This document shows, one piece after another, positions 25,801 to 36,429 of a DNA stretch of 64,000 bases (positions within the stretch are counted from its first letter, which is position 1; the number at the start of each line of letters is the position of its first letter). The stretch comes from Marsupella aquatica. Its lineage: Eukaryota; Plantae; Marchantiophyta. A model generated the notes under the pieces. That model saw only the letters and a program-made list of their open reading frames with translations. It ran no database searches and was not told the origin of the DNA. The translations under genes were made by a program, and so were the position numbers. The stretch spans positions 24,823,233-24,887,232 of the forward strand of contig OZ316892.1 of the NCBI GenBank assembly GCA_973895155.1, read 5' to 3'.

Positions 25801-26073
25801 CAACACACCGAGTGAAATCAGATTCTTACGCATGCCAGGTACATACCTGACTCCGGACACTGTGCGCACAGCGCCATCAAACATTTGAATCTTCACAGAC
25901 CCAATTCCCTCAATTTGACAGGAGTGATAATTTCCCATCAGAACTGAACCGTTTGAAATAGAGTAAGAACTGAAAAACTCACGAATGTAACAAATATGAA
26001 AAGAGCAAGCACAATCAAGAATCCACACATCATCTGCTCTCCTAGATGACGTGCACAGGGCATACCCCCAGCT
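22801..26073 (-). CDS. pol: Copia Pol (aspartic protease, integrase, reverse transcriptase, RNase H)
   Basis: WILDCACSFH, LWHSRLGH, HSDVWGP, RSDNGGEY, QQNGVAER, KARLVAKG, LYVDDML, DSDY, TEAEY and KHIDVRYH in an uninterrupted frame that continues from the gag stop. Confidence 0.95.
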   Translation of the reverse strand, partial: SWGYALCTSSRRADDVWILDCACSFHICYIREFFSSYSISNGSVLMGNYHSCQIEGIGSVKIQMFDGAVRTVSGVRYVPGMRKNLISLGVLDSNGHQWSVIDGELQVRSGETVILKGSRQKNLYVLQGNTVCGEANVTKSHEEMTQLWHSRLGHMSEKGLAILRKNGLISDLQSCKLEFCEHCILGKQHRRAFGVGTHRSKAVLEYIHSDVWGPSPTPSHSGKLYYVSFIDDYSRFVWIYFMTHKSDILSIFKKWKAQVENQTGNTIKCLDTRVKSLRSDNGGEYTSMEFEEYCLEQGITRHLTTVYTPQQNGVAERLNRTLLERSRSMLSQSGLPQEFWAEAVNTAAYLVNLSPSSAINFKTPFEMRYKRQADYHGLVIFGSDAYALTPKQNRTKLDPTSRKCVFLGYQSGVKAYRLWDPIACKLVVSRDVSFNESRLLKEGENTQVSRTDKGKSPIPDLVEGEIGYEVHDRREGVAPIMELVPVPEEPEEFVDAGEQQVDAVELQIVPAHADQPESSARRTSGRTVRAPSRYGQWVDSSQLQEDDFTADDEGDALILEEGEPSSFHEASASKEKQKWTAAMQTEMQSLKDNKTWELVKLPKGQQVVDNKWIYKLKDNSIGGGSKVYKARLVAKGFTQEKGVDYNEVFSPVAKYSTIRLLCVLVVMFGLLLDQMDVVTAFLYGTLEEVIFMRQPLGFVKRGQEELVCRLLKSLYGLKQSPRQSNKRFDDWIRSQGFHRSVFDPCVYLKPVKNVVFGFIVLVLYVDDMLIAAKDRSEIVKLKALLSAEFKMKDLGPAKRILGMEITRDLEAGKLWLTQSSYARKVIARFNMENSKPVSTPLAPHFKLSSAFCPTDDTEKGLMSKVPYDKAVGSLMYLMTCTRPDLAMALGKVSRYMSNPGKVHWEAVKWIIRYLKGTVDHGLLFDANAKNARSLIGYVDSDYGQDLDRRRSTTGYVFTLGGGCISWRSTLQKCIAQSTTEAEYVAAAEAAKEAIWLDRLITEMGLPQGNVKLHCDSQSALHLAVNQVMDSRVKHIDVRYHFIRQAVSDNLFELVKIDGKLNPADAFTKVIPLESFSRHRDVLQVLQLHHK

Positions 26074-27108
26074 TCATAAAACATACTCATCATTGAGTAA
26101 ATCAGCTTCTCCATCAGCCCTAGCCACATTTGCCGATGAAGTTTCCGCTGCCTTTCCCTTACAGTCTCGCTTGAAGTGTCCAACTTGGTTGCACTTCCAA
26201 CATGTCACCTGCCTCCTCTGAGGGGATTTACCCTTGGACTTAGATCTGGATTTAGATCTAAACTGGGTTCTATGGTCCCCAGTTGGTCGCTGCATACTCC
26301 TCCCACGGTTAACATTGAGGGCAGCACCAGATGATGAAGGCTGTGACGTGATGTGCATCTTCTGCTGAAGATCATCACTAAGCAGAGAACTTACCACGTC
26401 ATTGTATGAAATGGTATCCCTATCACGATGCAACAACACTCGTGATAGGGACTGGTAAGATGGAGGCAATGAACTAAGAAGCTGCAGAGCCTTCGTCTCA
26501 TCATTCAAAGTCTCCCCAAGGTTTTCCAAGTCAACGACCATGTCGTTGAAAGCATCCACATGGTCTTGCAACTTCGTACCAGATTCCTTCATCCTGAAAC
26601 TCATCAGTTTGTAGGAAGTGTAGAGCCGGTTCGACAACTCCTTGCGGTGATACTTGCTCTGCAATTCCGCAAATAAGGACATGCAATCCTTATGTGCACC
26701 CAACTGCTTGATGATGGGAGGCATGAGATAGAGTGTAACACACCACACTCCCTGCTCCTGCATGCGGTCCCATTGTTTCTCATCAACATCGTCTTCACGA
26801 GGGCTCAGCAGTTGGCCCATCCCTGACGCATAAAGCACTCCCTTCACCTGCTTCTCCCATAGCAAGTAGTCAGAGCGCCCATCATACTTTGTCACTTCAT
26901 ACTTGGGTCCCCCAAGCTTGAAAGTCCCCATCTTCTTCTTTACCGTGAGCTCCGGTAGTAGTACTGCTTCCTCCACCACACGCCGCACCGGTGATGGTAT
27001 CGGTGTCACGTGCTCTTCCTCCTGCTCCTCTCTCTGCCCCTGAAACCTCCGCGGTGACCCTCGTGCTTCAAGTTCCACGTCTTCGAAAAACTCCTCCGAA
27101 TCACTCAT
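26074..27108 (-). CDS. gag: Copia Gag (344 aa)
   Basis: KYDGRSDYLLW, LLSSLPPSY and the CCHC knuckle CWKCNQVGHFKRDC. Confidence 0.93.
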   Translation of the reverse strand: MSDSEEFFEDVELEARGSPRRFQGQREEQEEEHVTPIPSPVRRVVEEAVLLPELTVKKKMGTFKLGGPKYEVTKYDGRSDYLLWEKQVKGVLYASGMGQLLSPREDDVDEKQWDRMQEQGVWCVTLYLMPPIIKQLGAHKDCMSLFAELQSKYHRKELSNRLYTSYKLMSFRMKESGTKLQDHVDAFNDMVVDLENLGETLNDETKALQLLSSLPPSYQSLSRVLLHRDRDTISYNDVVSSLLSDDLQQKMHITSQPSSSGAALNVNRGRSMQRPTGDHRTQFRSKSRSKSKGKSPQRRQVTCWKCNQVGHFKRDCKGKAAETSSANVARADGEADLLNDEYVL

Positions 27109-28248
27109 ATGAGAAAGTCACAAAAAATGTTGTTTTTCACAACTTCTCAAAAAACTCGAAACTCAACACCGCCGCGTAGCCCACAAAGCTAGGAGTCCAA
27201 TACTGAAAACCGAAATCAAAATCAAAATTTGACGGAAAAGTTATTCAAATTTCGGTCGAGGTGGGTAAAACCTTGGGAAACTCCCCCGTTTTGACCACCT
27301 CAGGGAATAACCGAAATACCAAGTACAACCCGTTGTCGGAATTGCGATGTGATTGGTGCGCTGCATTGCCAACTTCAATAGCTACGACCTCGCCGAAAAA
27401 TAACCAAAAAAGTTACCGTTCGGCGGATGAAATCTTTGTCGGACGGTCAAAAAATAGCTCTCTGGTTTTTTGGAATATTCTATGACCCTTGTACAGGCCC
27501 TGTGGGAATTTTGGAAGAACAATCGAGGGGCTGACATGTGTCCTCGAACCCCCAAAACCCCCTACCACCCTTCGTCGTCGAAATCTGGTCGCGCGCGCAG
27601 AAAATACACACGGCAGAATGTACCCCTCGACACCAAACGCAAGATATCTCACTCGGGTTTTGACTAAATCAAGATCCGATTTCAGATTTGGAAACTAGAC
27701 TCCGAGGCGATGAAGATCGATATAAGAAGCACCCAAAACAAGGAAAGAACGAGGGAGAAAAAAATTGGTAAAGATGACAGATTTCTCTCAATTGCCATAG
27801 CCAATTTCGAATCAGTTTTTCAAAGAGAAAAAAATGGTACCTTGTCAACAACGAATGTTGATCAATTGCACTTGGTGCCGTCACCAAGTCCAACAAGGTA
27901 ATTGATTTTGCTTAGCCTTCCTCTTTGCATCAAAGAGCCAATCCCAGACTCAAAAACAATCGTCTTGCCTCAATCTCTCCGTTGAGTCAAAACACTTGAC
28001 GCTTCTCCCTCCGAGTCGATTGCCAACTTTCTTCACAAAATCCAGAACGACGAAAACTTAGATCTCTCTGCACCACGAGCTCCGTTCAACGATTTCTTCA
28101 CACCGTTAGAAAGCTCTTGCCCTGATCTATCCGTTGAGCCCATAAACTCCAAGTTCCATGCGATGGAACTCTGGAAAATCCACCAACACTCAACGCTGGA
28201 AAAACCGTCATGAAATCCCGTCACGAACACACGTCACCTCCCAAGCAT

Positions 28249-28260
28249 GCTCTGATACCA
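28249..28260 (-). promoter_or_regulatory. Primer binding site complementary to initiator tRNA-Met
   Basis: Minus strand TGGTATCAGAGC, 2 nt inside the 5' LTR. Confidence 0.95.
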
Positions 28261-28262
28261 AT

Positions 28263-28701
28263 TGTTGAGCATAGACGACGATCGCAACGGCAAGCCCATG
28301 AACCATCCAACGCACAATAGTCGACACAAGAGATACGTGGTTCACCTCCTTGAGGCTACGTCCACGGGAACACACAAGAGAGCTTTACTGAACTCTAAGC
28401 CCGTCGGCTATACCGAGTCTCCACAGTGTAAGCTCTCCCTATCTCTCAAGTGGCTCCATAACAATGAGCCTTGGTTCTGCCTCTCCAAGCACACATGCCT
28501 CTTATGATATAGTGTGCAACTTAGTTGTACCTAACCACATAGTTGTACCTAACCACATAGTTGTACCTAATCACGTAGTTGTACCTAACCACATAGTTGT
28601 ACCTAATCACGTAGTTGTACCTAACCACGTAGTTGTACCAACCCACGTTGTTGTACCAACCACGTCATACCTAACCTAGACGTAAGAGTAAATACCCAAC
28701 A
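28263..28701 (-). repeat. 5' LTR (439 bp, eight 18-bp internal repeats)
   Basis: Appears identical to the 3' LTR except for two fewer 18-bp units. Confidence 0.95.
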
Positions 28702-31700
28702 ATTGGGTGGGCCTCTTTTTGCCATTGCCCATTTTACAGCTTTACGGGAAGCTGCCATGGCCCACCCCCAGTGTATCTTCCCCTCCCTTTTAGATGACAC
28801 CCACATCATTGGTCCTCCTGCCGCGGTTACTTCTGCCCTCGCCACTCTTTCCACCCATTTGATGGGCCTCGGTTTACGAGTTCAGCCTGTGAAGAGTCGT
28901 GCATGGAGTCCAGCTGGGTTACCCTCTGATCTTGTGCTTCCCCCAGGGTTCTTACGTCCAGCCGATGGTCTTCGGGTCCTTGGCTCCCCAGTCGGTACCG
29001 CCTCCTTTTGCTCATCTTTCATCGCTGACTCTTTACAGGCTGCCTTAGCCCATACTCCTTTGCTCCCTAAGTTAGCAGATTCTCAGGCAGCATTTGGGAT
29101 GTTGTTGAGGTGCATCCACCCTCGTGCGTCTTATCTGGCTAGGACGCATCCCCCTACCGAGGATCTTTGTCTCCACCTTCGAGCATTTGATGTCTCCATT
29201 CGTCAGACCCTGGCCTCTCTTTTAGGTCCGGGTACGTTGCTCTCATCTCCGTGGCTTCATCGACAACTCAGTCTTCCTATTTCGCAGGGTGGTTTTGGGC
29301 TTACTTCCATTGAGAGCCTTGCACCTTTGGCCTTTTTGGGTGCATGGGCGGCCGCCTTCTCGTTGTTGGCCGATCGTTTTCTTATTGAGGATCGCCCTTT
29401 TTTACTTTCATCTCTCATGGAGGTAGAGGAGGGTTCCCTCCCGTTTCAGGTTCATTTGCGCGCAGCGCGGTCCTCATTACCAGATCCCGTTCGCGCCGCG
29501 TTACCTTCTTTCCAGGAGTTTTTATCCTTGGATCCCGTTCGTCTTCAGGCAGACCTCGCTGGGCGTATGCACACTTTCACCCTTTCCAGCATCCTCTCCG
29601 AGGCACCTGACACGGACCGAGCTCGGATTCTTTCTTCCGGAGGGAAGGGCGCAGGTGGATGGCTTCAGGCCAATCCAGTCATTCCTCATTTGCGGATGTC
29701 TTCAACGGAGTTCTCCACAGCCATGCGTCTTCGTCTGGGGCTGCCCCACCCACTTCTTGCAGGTTTACCTCCTTCTTGCACTTGTGGGAAGCCTTGTGAT
29801 GCCACAGGTGTCCATCTTCTTCGGTGCAGTTTGGGAGGTGAAACCATTATTGTTCACGACGTTGTGCGAGATGCGACTGCTTAGGTTCTCTCTGGCTCTT
29901 TGGTATGCGTGCGGCGGGAGGTGGTACTCGAGTTACCTGGTCCTCCATCACAGCGGTTACGGGTGGATCTTACCATGGTCCGTGAGGGTCAACGTACTTT
30001 GGCAGATGTTGTGGTGGCAAACCCATTGCGCCAAGACATCATTGGGACAGCGGCAACTACGGCAGGGGCAGCAGCGTCACGTGCGGCAACAACGAAGGAG
30101 GCCAAATATGCTGCACGAGCTTCATCCAACAGCTTCCTCCCCCTTGCTGTGGAGCTATTTGGGCGTCTTCATCCTCAGTTTGATGGGCTTCTTCGGCAAG
30201 CTGCCCGGGATGTTCATGGCCGAATGGGTCCCACCGGACCCCCGCTTTCTATTTTGACCACACACTTTCGCCAACGCATTTCAGTCACCTTACAGCGTGC
30301 TCAAGCTCGGGCCATCTATCGTCGATCTCTTACAGTGGGTGCTAGTGTGCCTCCGCAGCGGCTAGCTCCCCTTGAGGATGTTCCAATCCCACTTGCCGAT
30401 CTAGTTTTGACTCTTGATGTGGACCATTAGCTTTTTGCCACAATCGGTAGGAATGATGAGGACCTCGGTCCGCTTGGGTTAGTTTTAGTCTCTCTCTCTT
30501 TCTTGGTTTTTAGGGGTTCCCTATTGTTCATTTCTTACTTTTAGTTCCTCTTTCTTGGTGTTTAGTGGTTCCCTTTTGCTCACTTCTTTTTCGATTGGTT
30601 TTGTCCACTTGGGCCCTCTTTTGTTTGTTCATTTGTACTCTGTTTGGTCCCTTTGTATATAAAAAGTGTGTATATATATTTTTATATACTTATCTGGAAA
30701 GAAACCTTGTGAAGGAAAACGACCATTTTTGGCCAATAAAAAAAGGGAAAAGAGAACAAACACCAAAGTGTGATTACACAAAAGTCTCGACAGCTCACAA
30801 CTTTGGCTTGTGCCCATTTAAAAACAGATTTTGCAATTTCGCTATTAAACTACACGAAAGTCTTGTACCAACTACAGCTCACAACTTTTGGCTTAGCCCA
30901 TTTAATAACAGATTTTGCAAATTAGCTATTAAACTATACCTTTAAGACATTCGATCTATCCACACAAGACGCGTTCCCTACTTTTTGGAGTGGTTTGGCG
31001 GGCCAGGGATAATTATGCTCCCTTCTAGATATCCTGGTTATTCTACAGCTCTTACGAATCATCTTGAGGGTCCAGCCGTCCAGACTTGGTCGAGATTGCA
31101 CCTAGACTAGATTTTTTCTTTCCATCCATCTAATGGATAAACATACTTAAATTCAGGTAATCGCATACGCTGACGTGTGGGTCCCGACTCTGAGTCCCCG
31201 ATGTGCCCAAATGGTCTTTCGGTCTAATGGATAAGAAATTGATGCTCCCATGCACCAAGTAACCAGTGAACCATGCAATTGTCATAGACCGTGACACTTT
31301 TAAAGATCTTCAATATCCTATCAGTGTTTGTTCCTCAGGGGGCTCAGCAAGTTGGAAGACTTTCAAACTAGTCTAATATCTCTAGTTCTCATTTAAGATT
31401 AAATTTATGTTCTAGAGATTACTTAACTTTCAATATACACAATTTGCTTTAGAAAGGTTTAGAAGGACTGACTTTAATATTCATTCCCTCCATATAAATG
31501 TAACTAACTTTGGGGGTTATTCATTTTTGGGGTCGGTAGATCTTCACTATACACACTTGCTTTGGAATGTTTGTCCATGACTAACTTTGATATTCATTCC
31601 CGCCATAATCGAATGTGATTTTAATTTTGGGGATGATTCTTTTGGGGGTTTGGTAGAAACTGCTTGGAAATAACCTTCCACTGGACCTAAGGGCATCCTC

Positions 31701-33196
31701 CAATTTCATTGACCTACAGTCCAAGTTTCCAAACATCATCCTCCTTGTCATGTCTTGTCGCATTTCAACTCATTGGTGTCATATGTGCTACCTGAGCAAA
31801 GCAGATGAATTTTCTGGTCCATCTGGATTAAAGAATTATATACTATTCTGGCAAGCATGGACATCATCCGGGCGGACCGGGCTTCAATTTGAATGGATCA
31901 GCTCTAATTCAGGTAATCGGCATTTGCTAAAGTGTGGGTCCCGAGTCCGAATCCCGACGCACGCAAATGGCGAGGGACGCCAGTCGTGTGGGATACCGGC
32001 GAACATTATATTGCTAAATTTGGAGGGTCCATTAAACGTCTCGGCCACGCTGCATTTAGATAACGGTTTCCGTACATATTATGGGGTTCCACGGATTGGG
32101 TGCTGTACTGGAGGCTGGCGATCGTGGCTGTAGCGAATTGGACAATTGAAATCGACGGTGAAAGTTTTGCCGTCAGTACGGTCCAGAATCCGCTCCTTTA
32201 GTAGTTAGTACGTCTTTCACACGATGTCGTCCTTCGCAGGTATTTATCGGGATCTTGGACGTTCGACAGTGAGCAGTTCATAAAGACTTACAGTCTGATT
32301 TTGGAATATAGTTTAGGGTATTTGTAATTTTTAAGGTCTTATTGCACTGATCCCCATCATCCGTACAGTCTAAATTTTGACCGTTATAAACAAAGGCTGG
32401 TGCACAAACATGAATTACTTTCATTTCAACTTAATATTATTCTGCTGTTTCATTTTTTTAAATAAAAAACAATGTACGAAGAAAGTCAGTGTTTACACTG
32501 GAATCTAGAATATTCTTAAATTTGAACGACAACAATTCTGGCGGTTTCACGAGGACTGATATATTTTGTTACGGTAATTATTCATTGCAAATGATGGCGC
32601 TTGGGTACACACAGTCCATTGAAGAATTAAATATTGTCACGATGCTAGAATTTTTATTAAGCACGGATAGACCTAGCCTTTGTCTGTGAAGTCAGGATGG
32701 ACTTGAGAAACCAGGAAGGACCATCGTGAGACTTCTAAATTTGCTTGGATATTATTCTTAGAGTTCTGTAATTGGCCAGAGAATGGTTATAGTTCGTTTT
32801 GGTTGATTTAGTGATACCCAATGGTTTCAGCCTGCCCCATGGATCTGTCTAATGTCTCATGTTCTCTCTAACTTTGTTAAAGTTGAAGGGAGGGTCCCTG
32901 CTGTGCATCTTTTTGCTTTTCAAGAAGGAGAATACAAAAATTGACCTGTCACTTCCTAGAGTTTGCTTTGAGATTTCATCACCACCTCTCATATAAGGAG
33001 ATAGGTCCCAACTTTGGATTTATGTCATGGAAAGGTCACTTGTACAACAAATCTCGATCCCAATCCTAAATGGGCTACTCCCAATACTACACGGATTGGA
33101 GTGGATACCCCAAAAATTTTATGTGGATAGTGTAAGTTTGGCCAAAGTTTATACCACATAGTGAGATGGTATTTTGAAAGTACCTCCTGTCTCTAC

Positions 33197-33539
33197 TCTT
33201 GAGCATAGACTATAATCGCAATGGTAAGCACATGACACATCCAACATGCAAGTAGTCGACACAAGAGATACGTGGTTCACCTCCTTGAGGCTACATCCAT
33301 GAGAACACACAAGAGAGCCTTACTGAACTCTAAGCCCGTTGGCTAAACCAAGTCTCCACAGTGTAAGTTCTTCTCATCTCTCAAGTGGCTCCATAACAAT
33401 GAGCCTAAGTTCCACTTATCCAAGCAAACACCACTTGGCATATATTGTGCATCCTAGTTAACCTAACCACGTCTCCAACTATGGTTAGTCTAACTATGGT
33501 TACATGTCGTAACCCTAGACCTTGAGTAAATACCTAACA
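33197..33539 (-). mobile_element. Solo LTR, same family and orientation as the full copia element
   Basis: TCTTGAGCATAGAC (terminal TG mutated to TC)...CCTAACA; perfect TSD TCTAC; shares AGTCGACACAAGAGATACGTGGTTCACCTCCTTGAGGCTAC with the element LTR. Confidence 0.92.
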
Positions 33540-33893
33540 TCTACTAGTCCTGCTAGTATAAAATTTTGTGTGCGCTTGTTAAACACCAAGGCAAAATTCT
33601 TTCACGTCCTTTAACTATTAGGATCCGGATTGGCCGGTTTTGATGAGCCGTGGGGTGTAAAGGGAGAAAATGCTTGTGCCGACCCATGGGATCCTAACTT
33701 AAACTCAAGGATGTTGTATTCTTTATGATTATAAAATGTATTCTCCAAAGTCCAAATCAAAATATTGTCCTTGGGGGAACCATAAATATAAAGCCTAGCT
33801 GGACCAAGGGGTCGGCCATAAAGCTCAGATGGATTTCCAAAGTTGGAATGGATTGACATTTGTTTGACATTGGATGCCTAAAATGCTTGGACA

Positions 33894-34537
33894 TACCAGG
33901 CACTTACTCTTGGGTCTAGAGTTACTATGACTGTAGCTAGTCAACTAGTTGATTAAGGTTAGATGTGTGACTATTGTATTCACTAAAAATATTTGTAAGA
34001 TATTGTTGGCTCCAGACTAGACAACAATGCAGAACATGAGAGCACCCAATCTCACACTACACTAACACGACACCACAATGGAGAAACTCCTGAAGGATCC
34101 ATAACTCATGAGAAAGTACATGTGAAGAATGAGGGAAAAAATGCTCTCCCTCCAACCTATACCTCCCAAGGGGGTTGAGATGTGTGAGCCTAAGCTAAAC
34201 ATATCTTATCCTAATGTAATCAAGGAAGGCCAAACTAACCAAAAGCCGGGAAGTCAAGTCAATTCGTAACAAGATATAGTTTGTAAATGGAACTTAGTCC
34301 CATTGTTATGATTGAAGCTAATGAAGAGAGTCACTAAGAGATAGGGAGAATTTAGTCTATGGACACTCAGTATGCCCAACAAGCCTATAGTTGAATGAAG
34401 CTCTATTACGGGTTCCATGCATTGCACATAGCCTCTAGTGAAGTGAACAATGTATATCTTGTGTCAACTACCATGTCTGTTTTGTTGGATGTTTTACATG
34501 TGCATGTTGTCAGTGAATAATAATCCTCTATTCAACA
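33894..34537 (+). mobile_element. Old diverged solo LTR of the same lineage, split by a nested insertion
   Basis: Collinear matches to the 2783 LTR (TTACTCTTGGGTCTAGAGTTAC, GGAACTTAG..CATTGTTA, AGCCTC..GTGAAC.ATGTAT, TCAACA); flanks GGACA / GGATA. Confidence 0.65.
34004..34271. mobile_element. 268-bp insertion, probably a solo LTR of an unrelated family
   Basis: TGTT...TAACA termini flanked by the direct repeat AGATAT (33998-34003 / 34272-34277). Confidence 0.65.
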
Positions 34538-35059
34538 GGATAACACATTGACAATTTTAATTTACATGTGAATGGGCTTGTGACCACTTATGACCCAATT
34601 CAATTAGTTTACTTGACATAGAGGTGCTACTCATGCCCAAACTACTCAGGGCATTCTTCACAAAAGTGAGATGTGATCATTGTTGTATTTTAAAAGCAAC
34701 TCAAAATTATACACAAAACAATTCAACCTTGTTGTGGCTCAGTTAGTTATGGTTACACTTAGAAACTTTGAAGCTCCTATATGGTGAATCCACCTTTCAC
34801 ATTTAGTCTTATTCAGAATTTTTGTGTCATGTGTTTTTATTTCAATGTGCTTTATCAAAGGGCATCCTTTGTATCATGTAGATTTTTAATTAATTTTTGG
34901 ACCCCTTTAAGTTTTGGTATCCTAGAGATTTTTGAAATTATTTTGGCAGCCCTCTTAATTTTTAATTGTTGTCATCTTGACCAAAAAAATTAAGTCTTCT
35001 CATGAGTGAGAGAAATTATTCTAAATAACTTGAACATATCATTGTCTTAAGTTCCTCTC

Positions 35060-36428
35060 ATGAAGAATATACACAAACTTTTTACAGAAAAGGGCCAAAC
35101 AGAGTACAAAAGAATAACCAAAAGAGGTCCCAAGTGGGCAAAACCAAATGCAAAAGAAGTGAGCGAAAGGAAACCTCTAAGAACCAAGAAAGGGGAACTA
35201 AAACAACCGCAAATGGACCGAGGTCCTTATCATTCCTAGCTAGTGTGGCTAATAGCTAAAGGTCCACATCAAGTGTCGAAACTAAATCGGCAAGTGGGAC
35301 TGAAATGTCCTCTAGGGGGGCTAGCCGCTGCGGAGGCACACTAGCACCCACTGTCAATAATCGACAATGGATGGCCCGAGCTTGAGCACGCTGCAAGGTG
35401 TCTAAAATGTGTTGGCAAAAGTGCATGGTCAAAACAGATAGCGGGGGTCCGGTGGGACCCATCCGGCCATGAACATCCCGAGCAGCTTGTCGAAGAAGAC
35501 CATCAAATTGATGGTGGAGATGCCCAAATATCTCAAGAGCAAGGGGGAGAAAGCTATCAGATGAAGCTCGGGCAGCATATTTGGCCTCCTTTGTTGTTGC
35601 CGCTCGTGATGCCACTGCCCCTGCCGTTGTTGCCGCTGACCCAATGATGTCTTGGCGCAATGGGTTTGCCACTACTACATCTGCCAAAGTACATTGACCC
35701 TCACGGACCATGGTAAGATCCACCCTTAACCGCCGTGATGGAGGACCGAGTAACTCGAGCACCACCTCCCGCCGCACGTTGACCAAAGAGCCAGAGAGAA
35801 CCTGAGCAGTCGCACCTCTCATAGCATCATGAACAAAAATGGTTTTGCCGCCCAAACTGCACCAAAGAAGATGGACACCTGTGGCATCACAAGGCTTCCC
35901 ACAAGTGCAAGAGGGAGGTAAACCAGCAAGAAGTGGGTGGGGCAGCCCCATACAAAGACGCATGGCTGTCGAGAACTCCGCTGAAGACGTCCACAAATGA
36001 GGAATGACTGGATTGGCCTGAAGCCAACCCCCTGCGCCCTTTCCTTTGGAAGAAAGAATCCGAGCTCGGTCCATGTCAGGTGCCTTGGTGATGATGCTAG
36101 AGAGGGTGAAAGCATGCATACGCCCACTTAGCAAGGTCTACCTGAAGACGGACGGGGTCCAAGGATAAAAACTCCTGAAATGAAGGTAACGCAGCACGGA
36201 CAGGATCTGATAATGATGACCGCGCTGCGCGCAAATGAACCTGAAATGGGAGGGAACCGTCCTCTACCTCCATGAGAGACAAAAGTAAAAAAGGTCAATC
36301 CTCAATAAGAAAATAATCTGCCAACAATGAGAAGACGGCCGCCTACACGCCCAAAAAGGCCAAAGGTGCAAGGCGCTCAATGGAAGTAAGCCCAAACCCG
36401 CCCTGAGAAATAGGAAGACTGAACTGTC
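35060..36428 (-). mobile_element. 5'-truncated second copy of the CRE-like element (end of RT region, CCHC, RLE, 3' UTR)
   Basis: ORF 35256-36134 is nearly collinear with 29560-30430; 4-nt insertion frameshift near 36130; homologous 3' UTR; CATGAGA at both junctions may be a TSD. Confidence 0.92.
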
Positions 36429-36429
36429 T

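Larger units (their letters stand above)
22135..28701 (-). mobile_element. Full-length Ty1/copia LTR retrotransposon, very recent
   Basis: Two TG..CA LTRs, a tRNA-iMet PBS, a PPT, gag-PR-INT-RT-RH domain order, and flanks TTTGG / ATTGG. Confidence 0.97.
20463..30430 (+). pseudogene. CRE-like RT-RLE polyprotein (~1130 codons when 20463-22134 is joined to 28707-30430), with one premature TAG at 29882-29884
   Basis: Removing the copia element and one TSD copy restores the frame; ORFs 28703-29884 and 29900-30430 are in the same frame; the second copy has CAG (Gln) at the stop position. Confidence 0.88.
19850..30680 (+). mobile_element. CRE-clade-like non-LTR retrotransposon (single ORF: Zn finger, RT, CCHC, restriction-like endonuclease), interrupted by a copia insertion
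   Basis: CPDC..HHRGRGRC finger, AGGPSG, RPIAIGE, VDVSNAFN, GTRQGDPL|GGPLF, LLDD, QGGFG, CTC..HLLRC, RVDL..ADV, KEAKY and LAVELFG motifs; T-rich 3' UTR; boundaries approximate. Confidence 0.88.

Noticed and set aside
31145-31970. Diverged ~70-bp direct repeat (AATTCAGGTAATCG..GTGTGGGTCCCGA at ~31150 and ~31906) as an LTR pair
   Set aside because: No TG..CA termini, TSD, PBS or coding remnant; probably fragments of a small dispersed element
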